Below, piece after piece: positions 17,531 to 27,320 of a DNA stretch of 37,742 bases. Every line of letters begins with the position of its first letter. The stretch's first letter is position 1. The notes beneath the pieces are model-generated. The model saw nothing but the letters and a program-made list of their open reading frames with translations, did not search any database and was not told the origin of the DNA. The position numbers were made by a program, and so were the translations under genes. This stretch comes from Verrucomicrobiota bacterium (GTDB taxonomy: Bacteria; Verrucomicrobiota; Verrucomicrobiia; Limisphaerales; CANJXF01), in the NCBI GenBank assembly GCA_038214755.1, contig JBBQRQ010000048.1, positions 1-37,742 on the forward strand. Reading direction: 5' to 3'.

Positions 17531-18166
17531 TTGAAAAAACCCCGCCAGGAAATTCCACGCAAAGCTGTTTATCGGCTCTCGGTTTATCTGCGCTGCCTGC
17601 AACGACTCAAAGCGAACGGGATTCGCACCGTGTCGAGCGAGGCGTTGGCGAAAGCAGCGGGTGTGAAATCCACTCAACTCCGCAAAGACCTGACTTACTT
17701 CGGGCAGTTCGGCACGCGCGGCCTGGGCTACGACGTGGAACAACTGGCGAAGATGATTGCCGATTTGCTCGGAACAAACAGTTTGCAACCCGTGATTTTG
17801 ATCGGTGTGGGAAATCTCGGACTGGCGCTACTCTCTTATCGCGGATTCGAGCAGGAAGGTTTTGAAATTATCGCGGCCTTTGACGTGGACATGGATCTCA
17901 AGCGAAATAAAAATGTCGCGCAACCGATTTATCCAATGGAAAAACTTCCGGAGATTTTGGAGAGAACTAAACGGGGAGTGAAAATGGCCATCATCACCGT
18001 GCCCGCTTCCGCCGGACAAGAAGTTGCCAACACTCTGATTGAACTTGGCGTCACGGGAATTTTAAATTTTGCGCCCATCGTTCTCGACGTGCCCGAAGAC
18101 GTCACGGTCAACAATGTCAATCTCGCCATTGAGTTGGAAAACCTGAGTTACTTTATTCAGCATTGA
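17531..18166 (+). CDS. rex: Redox-sensing transcriptional repressor Rex
   Basis: RLSVYLRCL, QLRKDLTYFGQFGTRGLGYDV, GVGNLGLAL and ILNFAP motifs. Confidence 0.96.
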   Translation: MKKPRQEIPRKAVYRLSVYLRCLQRLKANGIRTVSSEALAKAAGVKSTQLRKDLTYFGQFGTRGLGYDVEQLAKMIADLLGTNSLQPVILIGVGNLGLALLSYRGFEQEGFEIIAAFDVDMDLKRNKNVAQPIYPMEKLPEILERTKRGVKMAIITVPASAGQEVANTLIELGVTGILNFAPIVLDVPEDVTVNNVNLAIELENLSYFIQH

Positions 18167-18184
18167 GCGAAGTGCTTGAACTAA

Positions 18185-18251
18185 AAATCCGAAATCCGAA
18201 TCCCCGAAATCCGAAAGAAGCCCGTAATCCGAAAACCGAAAACGATTTGCC
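18185..18251 (+). repeat. Solo arm of the AAATCCG heptamer element
   Basis: AAATCCGAAATCCGAATCCCCGAAATCCGAAAGAAGCCCG...AAAACGATTTGCC matches the arms at 25374, 27320(-) and 29391. Confidence 0.8.
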
Positions 18252-18371
18252 GCCAACGCTTGAAAAAGTGCTTCGGACTGGGGCGGTAGTCCAACCCCTC
18301 GGCTGGGACTGCATTTATTCTACGACCTCACTCTCTCGACTCTCACGAGATTTTGTTTTATCAATTGATTC

Positions 18372-20489
18372 ATGTCGCAAAAACTCGCCTCGCTTACCAC
18401 GCTGGTTGGAGAGCTACGCGGCGTCGGCCCCGAACGCCTTTCGCAATTGGCGCGTTTGGAGATTCGCACCGTCCATGATTTGTTGCTGCATCGCCCGCGT
18501 CGTTACGAGGACCGCCGCCATTTCAAGGCCATTGCTCAAATGCAATTGAACGAACCCGTCACCGCGCGCGGAAAAATTGTCGCCACCGGAACGAAACTTT
18601 GGAGTAAGGGAACCAAATCTGTTTTCGAAATTATTTTGGACGACGGCACGGCGCGATTGCATTGCCGCTGGTGGAACCTGCCGTTCATGGAGAATTATTT
18701 CCAGGTAGGCGATGACGTTCTCGTTTTTGGAAAATTAAATTCCGCCAAGCCGCGCAACATCGACCATCCTGAAACGGAAGTGCTCGATGCGAGTGAAGAT
18801 GTCTCCATTCACCTCAATCGCATCGTGCCGATTTATCCCTCGACGGAAGGCTTGCCGCAACGCTGGTTGCGCTCGCTCATCGCGCGAACCGTGGAAGAAT
18901 TTGCATCCAAAATTTCAGAGCCGCCAATGACCGTAGCTGCGTCTGGTAGCCGCCGACGTGAGGAGGCGGATAATTCTCTCGAGATTCAAAATCCGCCTCC
19001 GCCTCCTCACTTCGGCGGCTACGGGATTTCGGGTTTACAAACAGGCTCTCAGAAATCCGCGCTCTCACGAGACGCCGCTACGTTGCCGGGACGAGCGCAT
19101 GCCATCCGTTTGCTCCATTGGCCTCTGAAAATGGACGACACCGAAATAGCCCGACGGCAGCTCGCGCTCGATGAATTGATCGAACTGCAACACGCGATTC
19201 AGTTGCGGCGAAAAAAGCTGGAGGCGAATTCGCGCGGATTGCCGTGTTCGGGAAATAATAAATTCATCCGAAAATTTTTAGCGCAACTCGGATTTCAACT
19301 CACCGCTGCCCAGACGAAAGTTCTCCGCGAAATCCGCGCGGACATGGGCGGAGCGCATCCCATGCGGCGATTGCTGCAAGGCGACGTCGGCTCCGGCAAA
19401 ACGGTGGTCGCGGCCTGCACCGCATTGATGGCGCTGGAAAGTGGATTCGATGTGGCGCTCATGGCTCCGACAGAAATTTTGGCGGAGCAACATTATCAAA
19501 ATTTTCGAAAATGGCTTTCGCCCCTCGGCATCGCCGTTGAACTGTTGACCGGCAGTGTGAAAACAATTTCCCATTCGGCGCTCCCCGTTCCGCGTTCCGG
19601 GTTTCTCTACCTCGGCACCCACGCGCTGATCGAGAGTTCTTTCGCTCCAAAAAATCTCGGCCTCGTCATTATCGACGAGCAACACAAGTTCGGCGTGGTG
19701 CAGCGCGAAAAACTTTTGCGCAAAGGAATCTATCCCCACTTGCTCGTCATGACGGCGACACCGATTCCCCGAACGCTCGGCCTGACGTTGTATGGCGACC
19801 TCGATATTTCCGTGATCGACGAGTTGCCGGCCGGACGCGGGAAAATAAAGACGTTCGTGCGCACCGCGGACAAGTTGCCGAAAGTTTGGGAGTTCATTCG
19901 CGGCAAAATTTCCAGAGGCGGGCAGGCCTACGTCGTCTATCCGCGCGTGGAAGAGGCCGACGAAAAATCCGGGTTGAAAGCGGTGATCAAAGAATTTGAA
20001 AAGTTGGAAAAGATTTTTGCGCCTTATCGCGCCGGCCTTTTGCATGGGCGGCTTCGCTCCGAGGAAAAAGAAAATGTTCTCACCGCTTTTCGGCTGAACA
20101 AAATCCAGGTGTTGCTGGCCACGTCGGTCGTCGAGGTGGGCATCGATGTGCCGAACGCGACCGTGATGCTCGTGGAAAATGCGGACCATTTTGGGCTGGC
20201 GCAATTGCACCAGTTGCGCGGGAGAATCGGGCGCGGCGCCGAAGAATCTTTTTGCATTTTAATGAGCGCCCTGAAAAACACAGAAGCGCATGATCGTCTG
20301 CTCGTCATGGAGAGAACGAGCGACGGCTTCAAAATCGCGGAAGAAGATTTGAGATTGCGCGGCGCCGGCGAATTACTTGGCCGGGAGCAAAGTGGCTTGC
20401 CGCCATTCCGATTTGCCGATTTTCAAAAGGACCAGGAACTGGTGGAGTGGGCGCGGCAATTTGTAGCGGAAAATCTCAAAAAAAAATAA
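18372..20489 (+). CDS. recG: ATP-dependent DNA helicase RecG, with repeat-derived insertions
   Basis: PRRYEDR, LLQGDVGSGKT, APTEILAEQH, DEQHKFGV, MTATPIPRTL and QLRGRIGRG motifs. Confidence 0.96.
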   Translation: MSQKLASLTTLVGELRGVGPERLSQLARLEIRTVHDLLLHRPRRYEDRRHFKAIAQMQLNEPVTARGKIVATGTKLWSKGTKSVFEIILDDGTARLHCRWWNLPFMENYFQVGDDVLVFGKLNSAKPRNIDHPETEVLDASEDVSIHLNRIVPIYPSTEGLPQRWLRSLIARTVEEFASKISEPPMTVAASGSRRREEADNSLEIQNPPPPPHFGGYGISGLQTGSQKSALSRDAATLPGRAHAIRLLHWPLKMDDTEIARRQLALDELIELQHAIQLRRKKLEANSRGLPCSGNNKFIRKFLAQLGFQLTAAQTKVLREIRADMGGAHPMRRLLQGDVGSGKTVVAACTALMALESGFDVALMAPTEILAEQHYQNFRKWLSPLGIAVELLTGSVKTISHSALPVPRSGFLYLGTHALIESSFAPKNLGLVIIDEQHKFGVVQREKLLRKGIYPHLLVMTATPIPRTLGLTLYGDLDISVIDELPAGRGKIKTFVRTADKLPKVWEFIRGKISRGGQAYVVYPRVEEADEKSGLKAVIKEFEKLEKIFAPYRAGLLHGRLRSEEKENVLTAFRLNKIQVLLATSVVEVGIDVPNATVMLVENADHFGLAQLHQLRGRIGRGAEESFCILMSALKNTEAHDRLLVMERTSDGFKIAEEDLRLRGAGELLGREQSGLPPFRFADFQKDQELVEWARQFVAENLKKK
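18933..19081. repeat. REP nested within REP, inside recG
   Basis: Outer GTAGCTGCGTCT / CTCTCACGAGACGCCGCTAC. Inner GTAGCCGCCGACGTGAGGAGGCGGA / TCCGCCTCCTCACTTCGGCGGCTAC at 18946-19022. Confidence 0.88.
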
Positions 20490-20539
20490 AATAATCATCT
20501 TATTGCTTTTTTTTTGGCGGACAGATAATCATCGCGCAC

Positions 20540-20680
20540 ATGAAAAAACTACTTAGCTACGCTGTTCTCGGATTGGTGAGCGCTTTTGTGCTCGTGGGTT
20601 GCAAACCAAAAGAACCTGACACCATGCCGTCAGGAACGAATGCTCCTGTGACGACGAATGCAACGCCAACCACCCCGTGA
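20540..20680 (+). CDS. 46-aa small lipoprotein (not in ORF track)
   Basis: MKKLLSYAVLGLVSAFVLVGC-KPKEPDTMPSGTNAPVTTNATPTTP; clear signal peptide II and lipobox. Confidence 0.75.
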   Translation: MKKLLSYAVLGLVSAFVLVGCKPKEPDTMPSGTNAPVTTNATPTTP

Positions 20681-20838
20681 TTTAGGCGCGCGCTTGCTTT
20701 CATAAGCAAGTCATCAACTCTGTCCGGACGATTCTTCGGTTTCGTCCGGCAGTTCTTTTCAAACTCGTGGAGTCTTTTCACGGGGGTTTTTTTATCTTCT
20801 TTCTTGGTTTTTTCCCCCGCGCAATTTACGTTCGCTTC

Positions 20839-21195
20839 ATGAAAATTTCTCTCGCTCGCGCGCTCCTGGTTTGTAGTTTGTTTTCCTTCGGCTGCCGGAA
20901 GCAGGATAACCCGCCCCCGCCTCCCACTGTGCCGCGAGCTGGCGAAAACCTCGCCACCGCGCCGGTGGATTATTTCAGCAAAGTCACCAAAGCCGAACAG
21001 GCAATGGAAAAAACCGTGGACACCGCCTCGCTAAATAATGCCATTCAACTTTTTAACGTGCAGGAAGGACGTTATCCAAATGATTTGAACGAACTGGTCG
21101 CGAAAAATTATTTTTCCAAACTTCCCACCCCGCCGTTTGGGACAAAGTTGCAATACGACGCCGCGCAAGGAAAAGTCGCAGTGGTCAAGGAATAG
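20839..21195 (+). CDS. Lipoprotein with pseudopilin-like core motif
   Basis: MKISLARALLVCSLFSFGC lipobox; LNNAIQLFNVQEGRYPNDLNELV. Confidence 0.7.
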   Translation: MKISLARALLVCSLFSFGCRKQDNPPPPPTVPRAGENLATAPVDYFSKVTKAEQAMEKTVDTASLNNAIQLFNVQEGRYPNDLNELVAKNYFSKLPTPPFGTKLQYDAAQGKVAVVKE

Positions 21196-21237
21196 GAGCA
21201 GGAGGGAGGAGTCTGGAATCAGGCGATGGAATTAAGC

Positions 21238-21413
21238 CTGAAAACCGAAGCTCGAAATCCGAATGCCGAAAGAAATCCGAATACGCGAAGCCCGAATGCC
21301 TGCCAGTCAGTGCGATTCCTCACCTCTTTTTTGTGCAGGCGGCGAAACGGGGTTTCGGTCTTCGGATTTCGAGTTTCTTTCGGACTTCGGGAATTCGGAT
21401 TTCGGAATTCAGG
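21238..21413. repeat. Inverted AAATCCG/CGGATTT heptamer element
   Basis: Two opposed degenerate 7-mer arrays around a ~55-bp spacer, upstream of guaA. Confidence 0.85.
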
Positions 21414-21466
21414 TTAAAAGGCAAAATTGAAAATTTCTCCCTCCTGATTCCCCTCCCAACTCCTTT

Positions 21467-23005
21467 ATGGAACAAATTGTCATTCTCGATTTCGGTTCGC
21501 AATACACCCAGGTCATTGCCCGCCGAATTCGTGAGTGCAACGTTTATTCCACGATTCTCCGCTACGATATTTCGGCGAAAGAAATTGCCCGGCTCAAACC
21601 CAAAGGACTAATTCTCTCCGGCGGGCCGTCCAGTGTTTATTCCGACAACGCGCCGTGGCCCGACAAAAATATTTTTCGGCTCGGCGTTCCCGTTCTTGGA
21701 ATTTGTTACGGGCTGCAAGTCCTCGCCCAATTTCTCGGCGGCAAAGTGGAGCGCGGGCAAAAACGCGAATACGGAAAAGGGACTCTCACCATCAAAGATG
21801 ATTCGTGCCCGCTTTTTAAAAAATTGCCCGCCGCGCTGCAGGTCTGGAATTCGCACGGAGACAAGTTGACGAAATTACCGGAAGGATTTCGTCCCGTCGC
21901 CGCCACCGAGAATTCGGATTATGCGGCCATCGAAAACCGCGCTAAAAATTTTTATGGCTTGCAGTTTCATCCTGAAGTCGCGCACACGCCGCGCGGACGC
22001 GAAGTCATCAGCAATTTTGTCCACGAGATTTGCGGCTGCGGCAAAGATTGGACGATGCGGAATTACGTCCAGCAAGCCGTCGAGCAAATTCGCCAGGATG
22101 TCGGCGACGACAAAGTGATTCTTGGTTTAAGCGGCGGCGTGGATTCGAGCGTCGCCGCCGCGTTGCTGCACGAAGCCATCGGCGATCAACTTACCTGCAT
22201 TTTCGTCAACAACGGTTTGCTCCGCGCCAACGAAGCCGACGTCGTGCGAAAAGTTTTTGGCCGCCATTTTCACATCAAACTGCACTACGAAGACGCGTCC
22301 CAAATATTTCTGGTTCGCTTGAAAGGCGTGGTTGACCCGGAGCGAAAACGAAAAATTATCGGCAAAACTTTTATCGAAGTTTTTCAAGCGGCGACAAAAA
22401 AAGTGGGCGCGGCGAAATTTCTCGCGCAAGGGACGCTTTATCCCGACGTGATCGAGTCCGTGCCGATTGGCGGAAACCCGTCGGCCATGATCAAGAGTCA
22501 TCACAACGTGGGCGGCTTGCCGAAGAACATGAAGTTCCAACTGGTCGAGCCGTTGAAATGCTTGTTTAAAGATGAAGTGCGCCAACTCGGACTCGAACTG
22601 GGTTTGCCCAAAGAAATTGTTTTTCGCCAGCCATTTCCCGGCCCCGGTCTCGCCGTGCGAATTCTTGGTGAAGTGACTCCAGCGCGTTGCGCGATTTTGC
22701 GAAATGCCGACGCGATTGTCGTCGAGGAAATGAAAGCGACTGATTGGTATTACAAAATCTGGCAGAGCTTCGCGGTGTTGCTGCCGGTGCGAAGCGTCGG
22801 CGTGATGGGCGATGAGAGGACTTACGACTACACGATTGCCATTCGCGCGGTCGAGTCGCAAGACGGCATGACGGCGGACTGGGTAAGACTTCCTTACGAT
22901 CTGCTCGAAAAACTTTCCAGCCGCATTATCAACGAGGTCAAAGGCGTCAACCGGGTGTGCTTCGACATCACGAGCAAACCGCCAGGCACGATCGAATGGG
23001 AGTGA
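21467..23005 (+). CDS. guaA: GMP synthase (glutamine-hydrolysing)
   Basis: [47 protein letters not shown] and KPPGTIEWE motifs. Confidence 0.99.
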   Translation: MEQIVILDFGSQYTQVIARRIRECNVYSTILRYDISAKEIARLKPKGLILSGGPSSVYSDNAPWPDKNIFRLGVPVLGICYGLQVLAQFLGGKVERGQKREYGKGTLTIKDDSCPLFKKLPAALQVWNSHGDKLTKLPEGFRPVAATENSDYAAIENRAKNFYGLQFHPEVAHTPRGREVISNFVHEICGCGKDWTMRNYVQQAVEQIRQDVGDDKVILGLSGGVDSSVAAALLHEAIGDQLTCIFVNNGLLRANEADVVRKVFGRHFHIKLHYEDASQIFLVRLKGVVDPERKRKIIGKTFIEVFQAATKKVGAAKFLAQGTLYPDVIESVPIGGNPSAMIKSHHNVGGLPKNMKFQLVEPLKCLFKDEVRQLGLELGLPKEIVFRQPFPGPGLAVRILGEVTPARCAILRNADAIVVEEMKATDWYYKIWQSFAVLLPVRSVGVMGDERTYDYTIAIRAVESQDGMTADWVRLPYDLLEKLSSRIINEVKGVNRVCFDITSKPPGTIEWE

Positions 23006-23024
23006 ATTCTTCCCGCGGGCAAAA

Positions 23025-24314
23025 CTATTCCCGCCGGAAAAAGTGAGTGTCTCCCGCCGATTTATTTTTCAAATATTTTTTCCGCCACTCGGCGCGCGAA
23101 CGTTTTCCGCGCTCGTTGGTTTGCAGGGAATCCACCAGCCACCATTCCCGCGGGACTTTCCACGCCGGGAGTTTGGCCAGCAAAAATTGTTTCAAAATTT
23201 CTCCGGTGAGCCGTCCGTTGATTGCGACGCAGGCGACAATGGTTTCGCTGCGCTCGGCATCTTCACTCGGAATGCCAAAAACTAAACTGTCCACCACTTC
23301 GGGATGCGTGAGCAAAACGGTTTCGATGATCTCCGGGGAAACTTTTCGTCCAGCCACGTTGATTTGGTCTCCGGCGCGGCCCATCAATAAAACTTTTCCC
23401 CGACGGAGGTCGGCCAGATCGCTGGTGATGAATCGTCCGCCGCCTAACAATTTTTCGCCAACTGGCCAATACGTTTCTCCCACGGCTTTGCTCCGAACTT
23501 CCAAACAGCCAGTTTGGTTGACGCTTAGTTGCACATTTTCCAGCGGCTGGCCGACGAACCGAAAATCTTTACGCGGAATTTCCGTTCGGTCGTAAGCGAT
23601 GCCGCCGCATTCCGACGCGCCGTAAAAGTTGTGAATCTTCACTCCGCACTTTTTGAAAATGTCCTGCTCCAGTTTCATCGGCAGCGGCGCGCCGGCCGAG
23701 ATGGCAAGATGAAGATTTTTTGGAATGGCCTTCGCGCCCAGCCATGCGCCCCAGAGCGCGGGAACGGCCGGCAAAGTGATGGATGGAATTTTCCTGGCCG
23801 CGCGCCGCACCGCTTCGGGCAAGGCGGAATCCACGAGGGCCAGCGGCACGCCGTGGAGCAACAGCGGCAAAACTAAATTGGAAAATCCATATGAATGCGC
23901 CAGAGAAATCACCCCGAGATTGGGCGCACTGCGCTGAAGCGGCATCGTCGCGATAATATTTTCCGCGTCCGCAGCCAGTTGCTCTGAGGTGAAGGCCACA
24001 ACGCGAGCAGCGCCCGTGCTGGCGGAAGTCAATTTGAGATGAACGCAATGTTCGGGAAAGTTTTGAAATTCCGGCGGAGTTTTTCCAAGTTCCAATGGGC
24101 AAACTATTTTTCCAAATCGCCAGGCGCGCAGGGTTGATAAAATAAACTCGACGCTGATGCCCTGGGGAAACACGACAGGCGCGTCGGGCATTCGTCCTGA
24201 TTCGGTTTTGCGGGCGAGTTGCTCGAAAGTCCAACGCTCGTCCCGCTCCAGATCATGAAGCGCGATTTCGCCGCGAAATTTTTCGGCGATCTGGCGCCAG
24301 CGTTCGTAAAGCAT
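23025..24314 (-). CDS. AMP-binding (acyl-CoA ligase-like) enzyme
   Basis: LTSASTG, HSYGF, ISAGAPL, YGASECG, TSDL and GRAGDQINVAGRKVSP motifs. Confidence 0.85.
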   Translation of the reverse strand: MLYERWRQIAEKFRGEIALHDLERDERWTFEQLARKTESGRMPDAPVVFPQGISVEFILSTLRAWRFGKIVCPLELGKTPPEFQNFPEHCVHLKLTSASTGAARVVAFTSEQLAADAENIIATMPLQRSAPNLGVISLAHSYGFSNLVLPLLLHGVPLALVDSALPEAVRRAARKIPSITLPAVPALWGAWLGAKAIPKNLHLAISAGAPLPMKLEQDIFKKCGVKIHNFYGASECGGIAYDRTEIPRKDFRFVGQPLENVQLSVNQTGCLEVRSKAVGETYWPVGEKLLGGGRFITSDLADLRRGKVLLMGRAGDQINVAGRKVSPEIIETVLLTHPEVVDSLVFGIPSEDAERSETIVACVAINGRLTGEILKQFLLAKLPAWKVPREWWLVDSLQTNERGKRSRAEWRKKYLKNKSAGDTHFFRRE

Positions 24315-24353
24315 TGTCAGTTTGGTAGCGCAACTTTACTCTGAGTCGCAAGG

Positions 24354-25355
24354 ATGATGTGGGAAAAGAGAAAAACTTTGGCGGTGAATTCCAACGCCAC
24401 GACGGGTGTGATTCCAAGTGGCGATCGCTACCCTGCTGTTAAAAGCGGCGGAGGGCCGCCGCACAAGACGCTCGCGCGAATTTTGATGGCGCAGGAAGAG
24501 CGCGAAGCGTCTTGGAGTGCGCCAGTCCTCTGGCGCTCTTGTTTGGACCGCCAGTTTAAATCACACCCCACCGCGACAGCCGGGGTGGTTTTTTTTGCCG
24601 CGATTTTTTTGTTCGCCGGTTGCGCGACTTCTCGGCCGAAAACGGCGACGTCCCATCGCCCATTTGATTTTGCCAAAGACACTTTGTCCTTCAGCAACGA
24701 GTTGTCCTGGGAATATTTTTTCGATGGGAATGGGAAATGGAATAGCCGCAGCCGCGAACCACCGCCGCAATATCAACTCCACTGTTTCGTCGTGGCGCAC
24801 GCGGCCAAACAATTTTTCAAATACGCGGAGTTTCATCCCGATGAACCAGTGGCCGACGAGAAAACGTATCGCCGTCTCATTCATGAAATTGTTTTGGGCG
24901 GAGATTTACGGCCCGACACTTTGAAAATTAAAATTCCCGGTTACGCCAGTTTGCATGAATTCAGTCAGTCCCAGGAAAAATTACTCAAAGAGGAATCCGG
25001 CGGCGCGTGGCGAAGTTATTTCCAGCGCGGCCATTGGCGAATGATGCTTCCGTTCAGCCGGCGCCATCAGGAGAGAGCGAGCGAAGAATTTGTGCGCAAG
25101 CTGGAGCGGAACGAGCCGTTGGTTATCCATGTGGTTCGTTTTCCGCAACTAAGTATTAATCACGCGTTGTTGCTCATCGGCTTCGAGCGAACGGAGAAAG
25201 GCGTCGGTTTTTTTGTTTATGATCCGAACTCGCCAGGCAAACCAACGGTCCTGAATTACGACCGGGAGACGCGAAGTTTTCTTCTGCCGAGCAACCCCTA
25301 TTTTTACGGAGGCAAAGTAAATGTTTACGAGGTGTATCGCTCTTGCTTCTATTGA
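24354..25355 (+). CDS. Lipoprotein of unknown function, possible papain-like fold; true start uncertain (24486 or about 24544 are alternatives)
   Basis: Lipobox FLFAGC at about residue 90 of the long ORF; HCF...NHALL...YDPN. Confidence 0.6.
   Translation: MMWEKRKTLAVNSNATTGVIPSGDRYPAVKSGGGPPHKTLARILMAQEEREASWSAPVLWRSCLDRQFKSHPTATAGVVFFAAIFLFAGCATSRPKTATSHRPFDFAKDTLSFSNELSWEYFFDGNGKWNSRSREPPPQYQLHCFVVAHAAKQFFKYAEFHPDEPVADEKTYRRLIHEIVLGGDLRPDTLKIKIPGYASLHEFSQSQEKLLKEESGGAWRSYFQRGHWRMMLPFSRRHQERASEEFVRKLERNEPLVIHVVRFPQLSINHALLLIGFERTEKGVGFFVYDPNSPGKPTVLNYDRETRSFLLPSNPYFYGGKVNVYEVYRSCFY
24441..24538. repeat. REP-like element in the 5' region of the lipoprotein ORF
   Basis: AAAGCGGCGGAGGGCCGCCGCACAAGACGCTCGCG ... 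CGCGAAGCGTCTTGGAGTGCGCCAGTCCTCTGGCGCT. Confidence 0.7.
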
Positions 25356-25373
25356 TCGCCTGGACACTGATAT

Positions 25374-25671
25374 GAATCCGAAATCCGAAATCCGAATCCC
25401 CGAAATCCGAAAGAAATCCGAAATCCAAATATCGAAAACGACTTCCCGACACGAAGCTGGAAGCTTCCATAACTTGCAGGCAAGGATGCTTGCGCTACGA
25501 GATGTGGCGCGCGCTTCCAGTCCCGCGCGCGGGATTGCGGCGGCTTCCAGCCGCCAGTCGAAAAGAAAACAGCGCCCGGAAACGTGCTTTGCCACCAGCG
25601 CGGTTCCGCAAATCATTCGGCCTTCGGTCTTCGGATTTCTTTCGGATTTCGGATTTCGGACTTCGGATTTC
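25374..25671. repeat. AAATCCG heptamer element carrying inserted REP-like cargo
   Basis: Arms and spacer homologous to 29391-29565, plus about 120 bp of extra REP hairpins at 25450-25560. Confidence 0.88.
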
Positions 25672-25698
25672 AACTGGAATTCCAAATTTGCTTTTTCA

Positions 25699-26949
25699 AT
25701 GTTGAAAAAAATCCCGGTGATTTTGTTTTCCATTTGCTCACTCGCGGCTTGGGCCGAGAAACCAGTTTATCAAGCCTCCTTCGCTGATTTCGACCGGCGC
25801 GCCCGCTCGACCAAACCGGTGTCGGTCGTGTTTTTTGGCGGCTCGCTCACCTCTGGCGATGGAGCGAGCGATCCAGAGCGCACCAGTTTCCGAGCTTTGA
25901 TGGAAAAATATTTGCGCGAACAATATCCGTCCGCGCGCTTTAATTTTTTCAATGCAGGTCGAGGAGGCTCCGGTTCCAAATTGGGAATGTTTCGCACAGG
26001 CAGCGATGTTCTGTCCCATAAACCCGATTTGGTTTTTTTGGATTTCACGACGGAAGATAATTTGGGCGGGACGGACCGGCAGGCTTTGGCCAGCTACGAA
26101 CGCATTTTGCGCGATTTGATTTCCGAGGGAATTCCCGTGGTGCAGGTTCTCACCGGCACGAAGAATTATTTTGGCGCGGCCTGGAAGCCACTGGGGCCGA
26201 CCCGCTGGCGCGACCATTTTCAAATGGGAACTTTATATCACACCGCCATCGGCAACAGTTTTCCTCGCATCCAAAATTTCTTGAATAATGAGAGGCACGC
26301 GGTGGATCAGATTTGGCCGAAAGACGAAACCCAACCGAACGATTTGGGACACCAGTTTTTTTTCGAGGCGGCGCGCGATGGATTGGAGCAGGCGATTCGC
26401 GAAAAACGTTTGTGTAATTTTCCAGTCAACGCTGTTTTCGCCGACGAGTATCGAATGCGATTTCAATTCTTCCCGGCCAACGGTCCGCTTCCGACCGGCT
26501 GGCACGCGGAAAACCCATTGCGCGCTTCGCTGTCGCCTTCGGATATTTCGTTCGATGCGTTGAATCAAATCGCAGTGTCGGACGGTGAAGAAACCGCGGA
26601 GGCGCAACCGTTGCGACTGACTTTCACTGGAACATTCGTCGGAATTTCCGGCGAGGCCAATGAACACGGTCTGGGTTTCAAAGTGTCCATCGATGGCAAG
26701 ACTGTTTTTTATGACGACGAGACGGACGACGAGGTTTGGCCGACGAGCATGACGCGAGAGAGCGGCGAGGCGCATTTTTTCTGGCACGAAATTTCTGACA
26801 AGCTCAGTGCCGGTCGTCATACTTTGGAAATTCGACCGGCTCGTTCTGATCGCGGGGAGAAAGGTGAATTGCGGATTGAAAGTTTTTGCGTGGCGGGGCC
26901 GGCGGCGGATGCTCCGCAAAGTATTTCGGCGCGGGCCAGCGGGCTTTAA
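25699..26949 (+). CDS. Secreted SGNH/GDSL hydrolase-family protein
   Basis: Signal peptide from ATG 25699; FFGGSLT, NAGRGGSGS and KPDLVFLDF motifs. Confidence 0.8.
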   Translation: MLKKIPVILFSICSLAAWAEKPVYQASFADFDRRARSTKPVSVVFFGGSLTSGDGASDPERTSFRALMEKYLREQYPSARFNFFNAGRGGSGSKLGMFRTGSDVLSHKPDLVFLDFTTEDNLGGTDRQALASYERILRDLISEGIPVVQVLTGTKNYFGAAWKPLGPTRWRDHFQMGTLYHTAIGNSFPRIQNFLNNERHAVDQIWPKDETQPNDLGHQFFFEAARDGLEQAIREKRLCNFPVNAVFADEYRMRFQFFPANGPLPTGWHAENPLRASLSPSDISFDALNQIAVSDGEETAEAQPLRLTFTGTFVGISGEANEHGLGFKVSIDGKTVFYDDETDDEVWPTSMTRESGEAHFFWHEISDKLSAGRHTLEIRPARSDRGEKGELRIESFCVAGPAADAPQSISARASGL

Positions 26950-27320
26950 ATCCGAAATCCGAAGGCCGAAATCCGAAAGAAATCCGAAATCCGAAATCAC
27001 GCGGAATTTTACGAGTCACAGAGCACTTTGGATGTGATTAAAAGTGAGTGAGGCTGGATTTGGTTTTCGTGGAGTGCGGCGGCAGGTCGGCGCTTTTCCT
27101 GCACGTAACACGAATCGAGAAAGTGCTCAAAACGAAGAACCTTTCTGACTTTTCTCCGTGCAGCCAAAGCTGGGACATGTCCCCGCAGTCCAAAATAAGA
27201 TCGGTTCCTGTCTCACTTACTTTTAATCACATCTGACTTTGCCGGGAGCGAGTGGCAAGTCGTTTTCGGTATTCGGATTTCGGGCTTCTTTCGGATTTCG
27301 GTATTCGGATTTCGGATTTC
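26948..27320. repeat. Three-level nested element: heptamer arms > 22-bp IR > GGAG REP pair
   Basis: Arms at 26948-26998 and about 27257-27320. IR GATGTGATTAAAAGTGAGTGAG / CTCACTTACTTTTAATCACATC (27031-27233). Core at 27071-27191. Confidence 0.85.

Noticed and set aside
18163..18549. Short ORFs built from repeats (also 3147-3540, 21226-21611, 26804-27506, 30721-31257)
   Set aside because: They are low-complexity translations of palindromic or heptamer elements with no family features.
25321..25698. N-terminal 126 aa of the 542-aa ORF
   Set aside because: Translation of repeat DNA; a proper signal peptide begins at ATG 25699.
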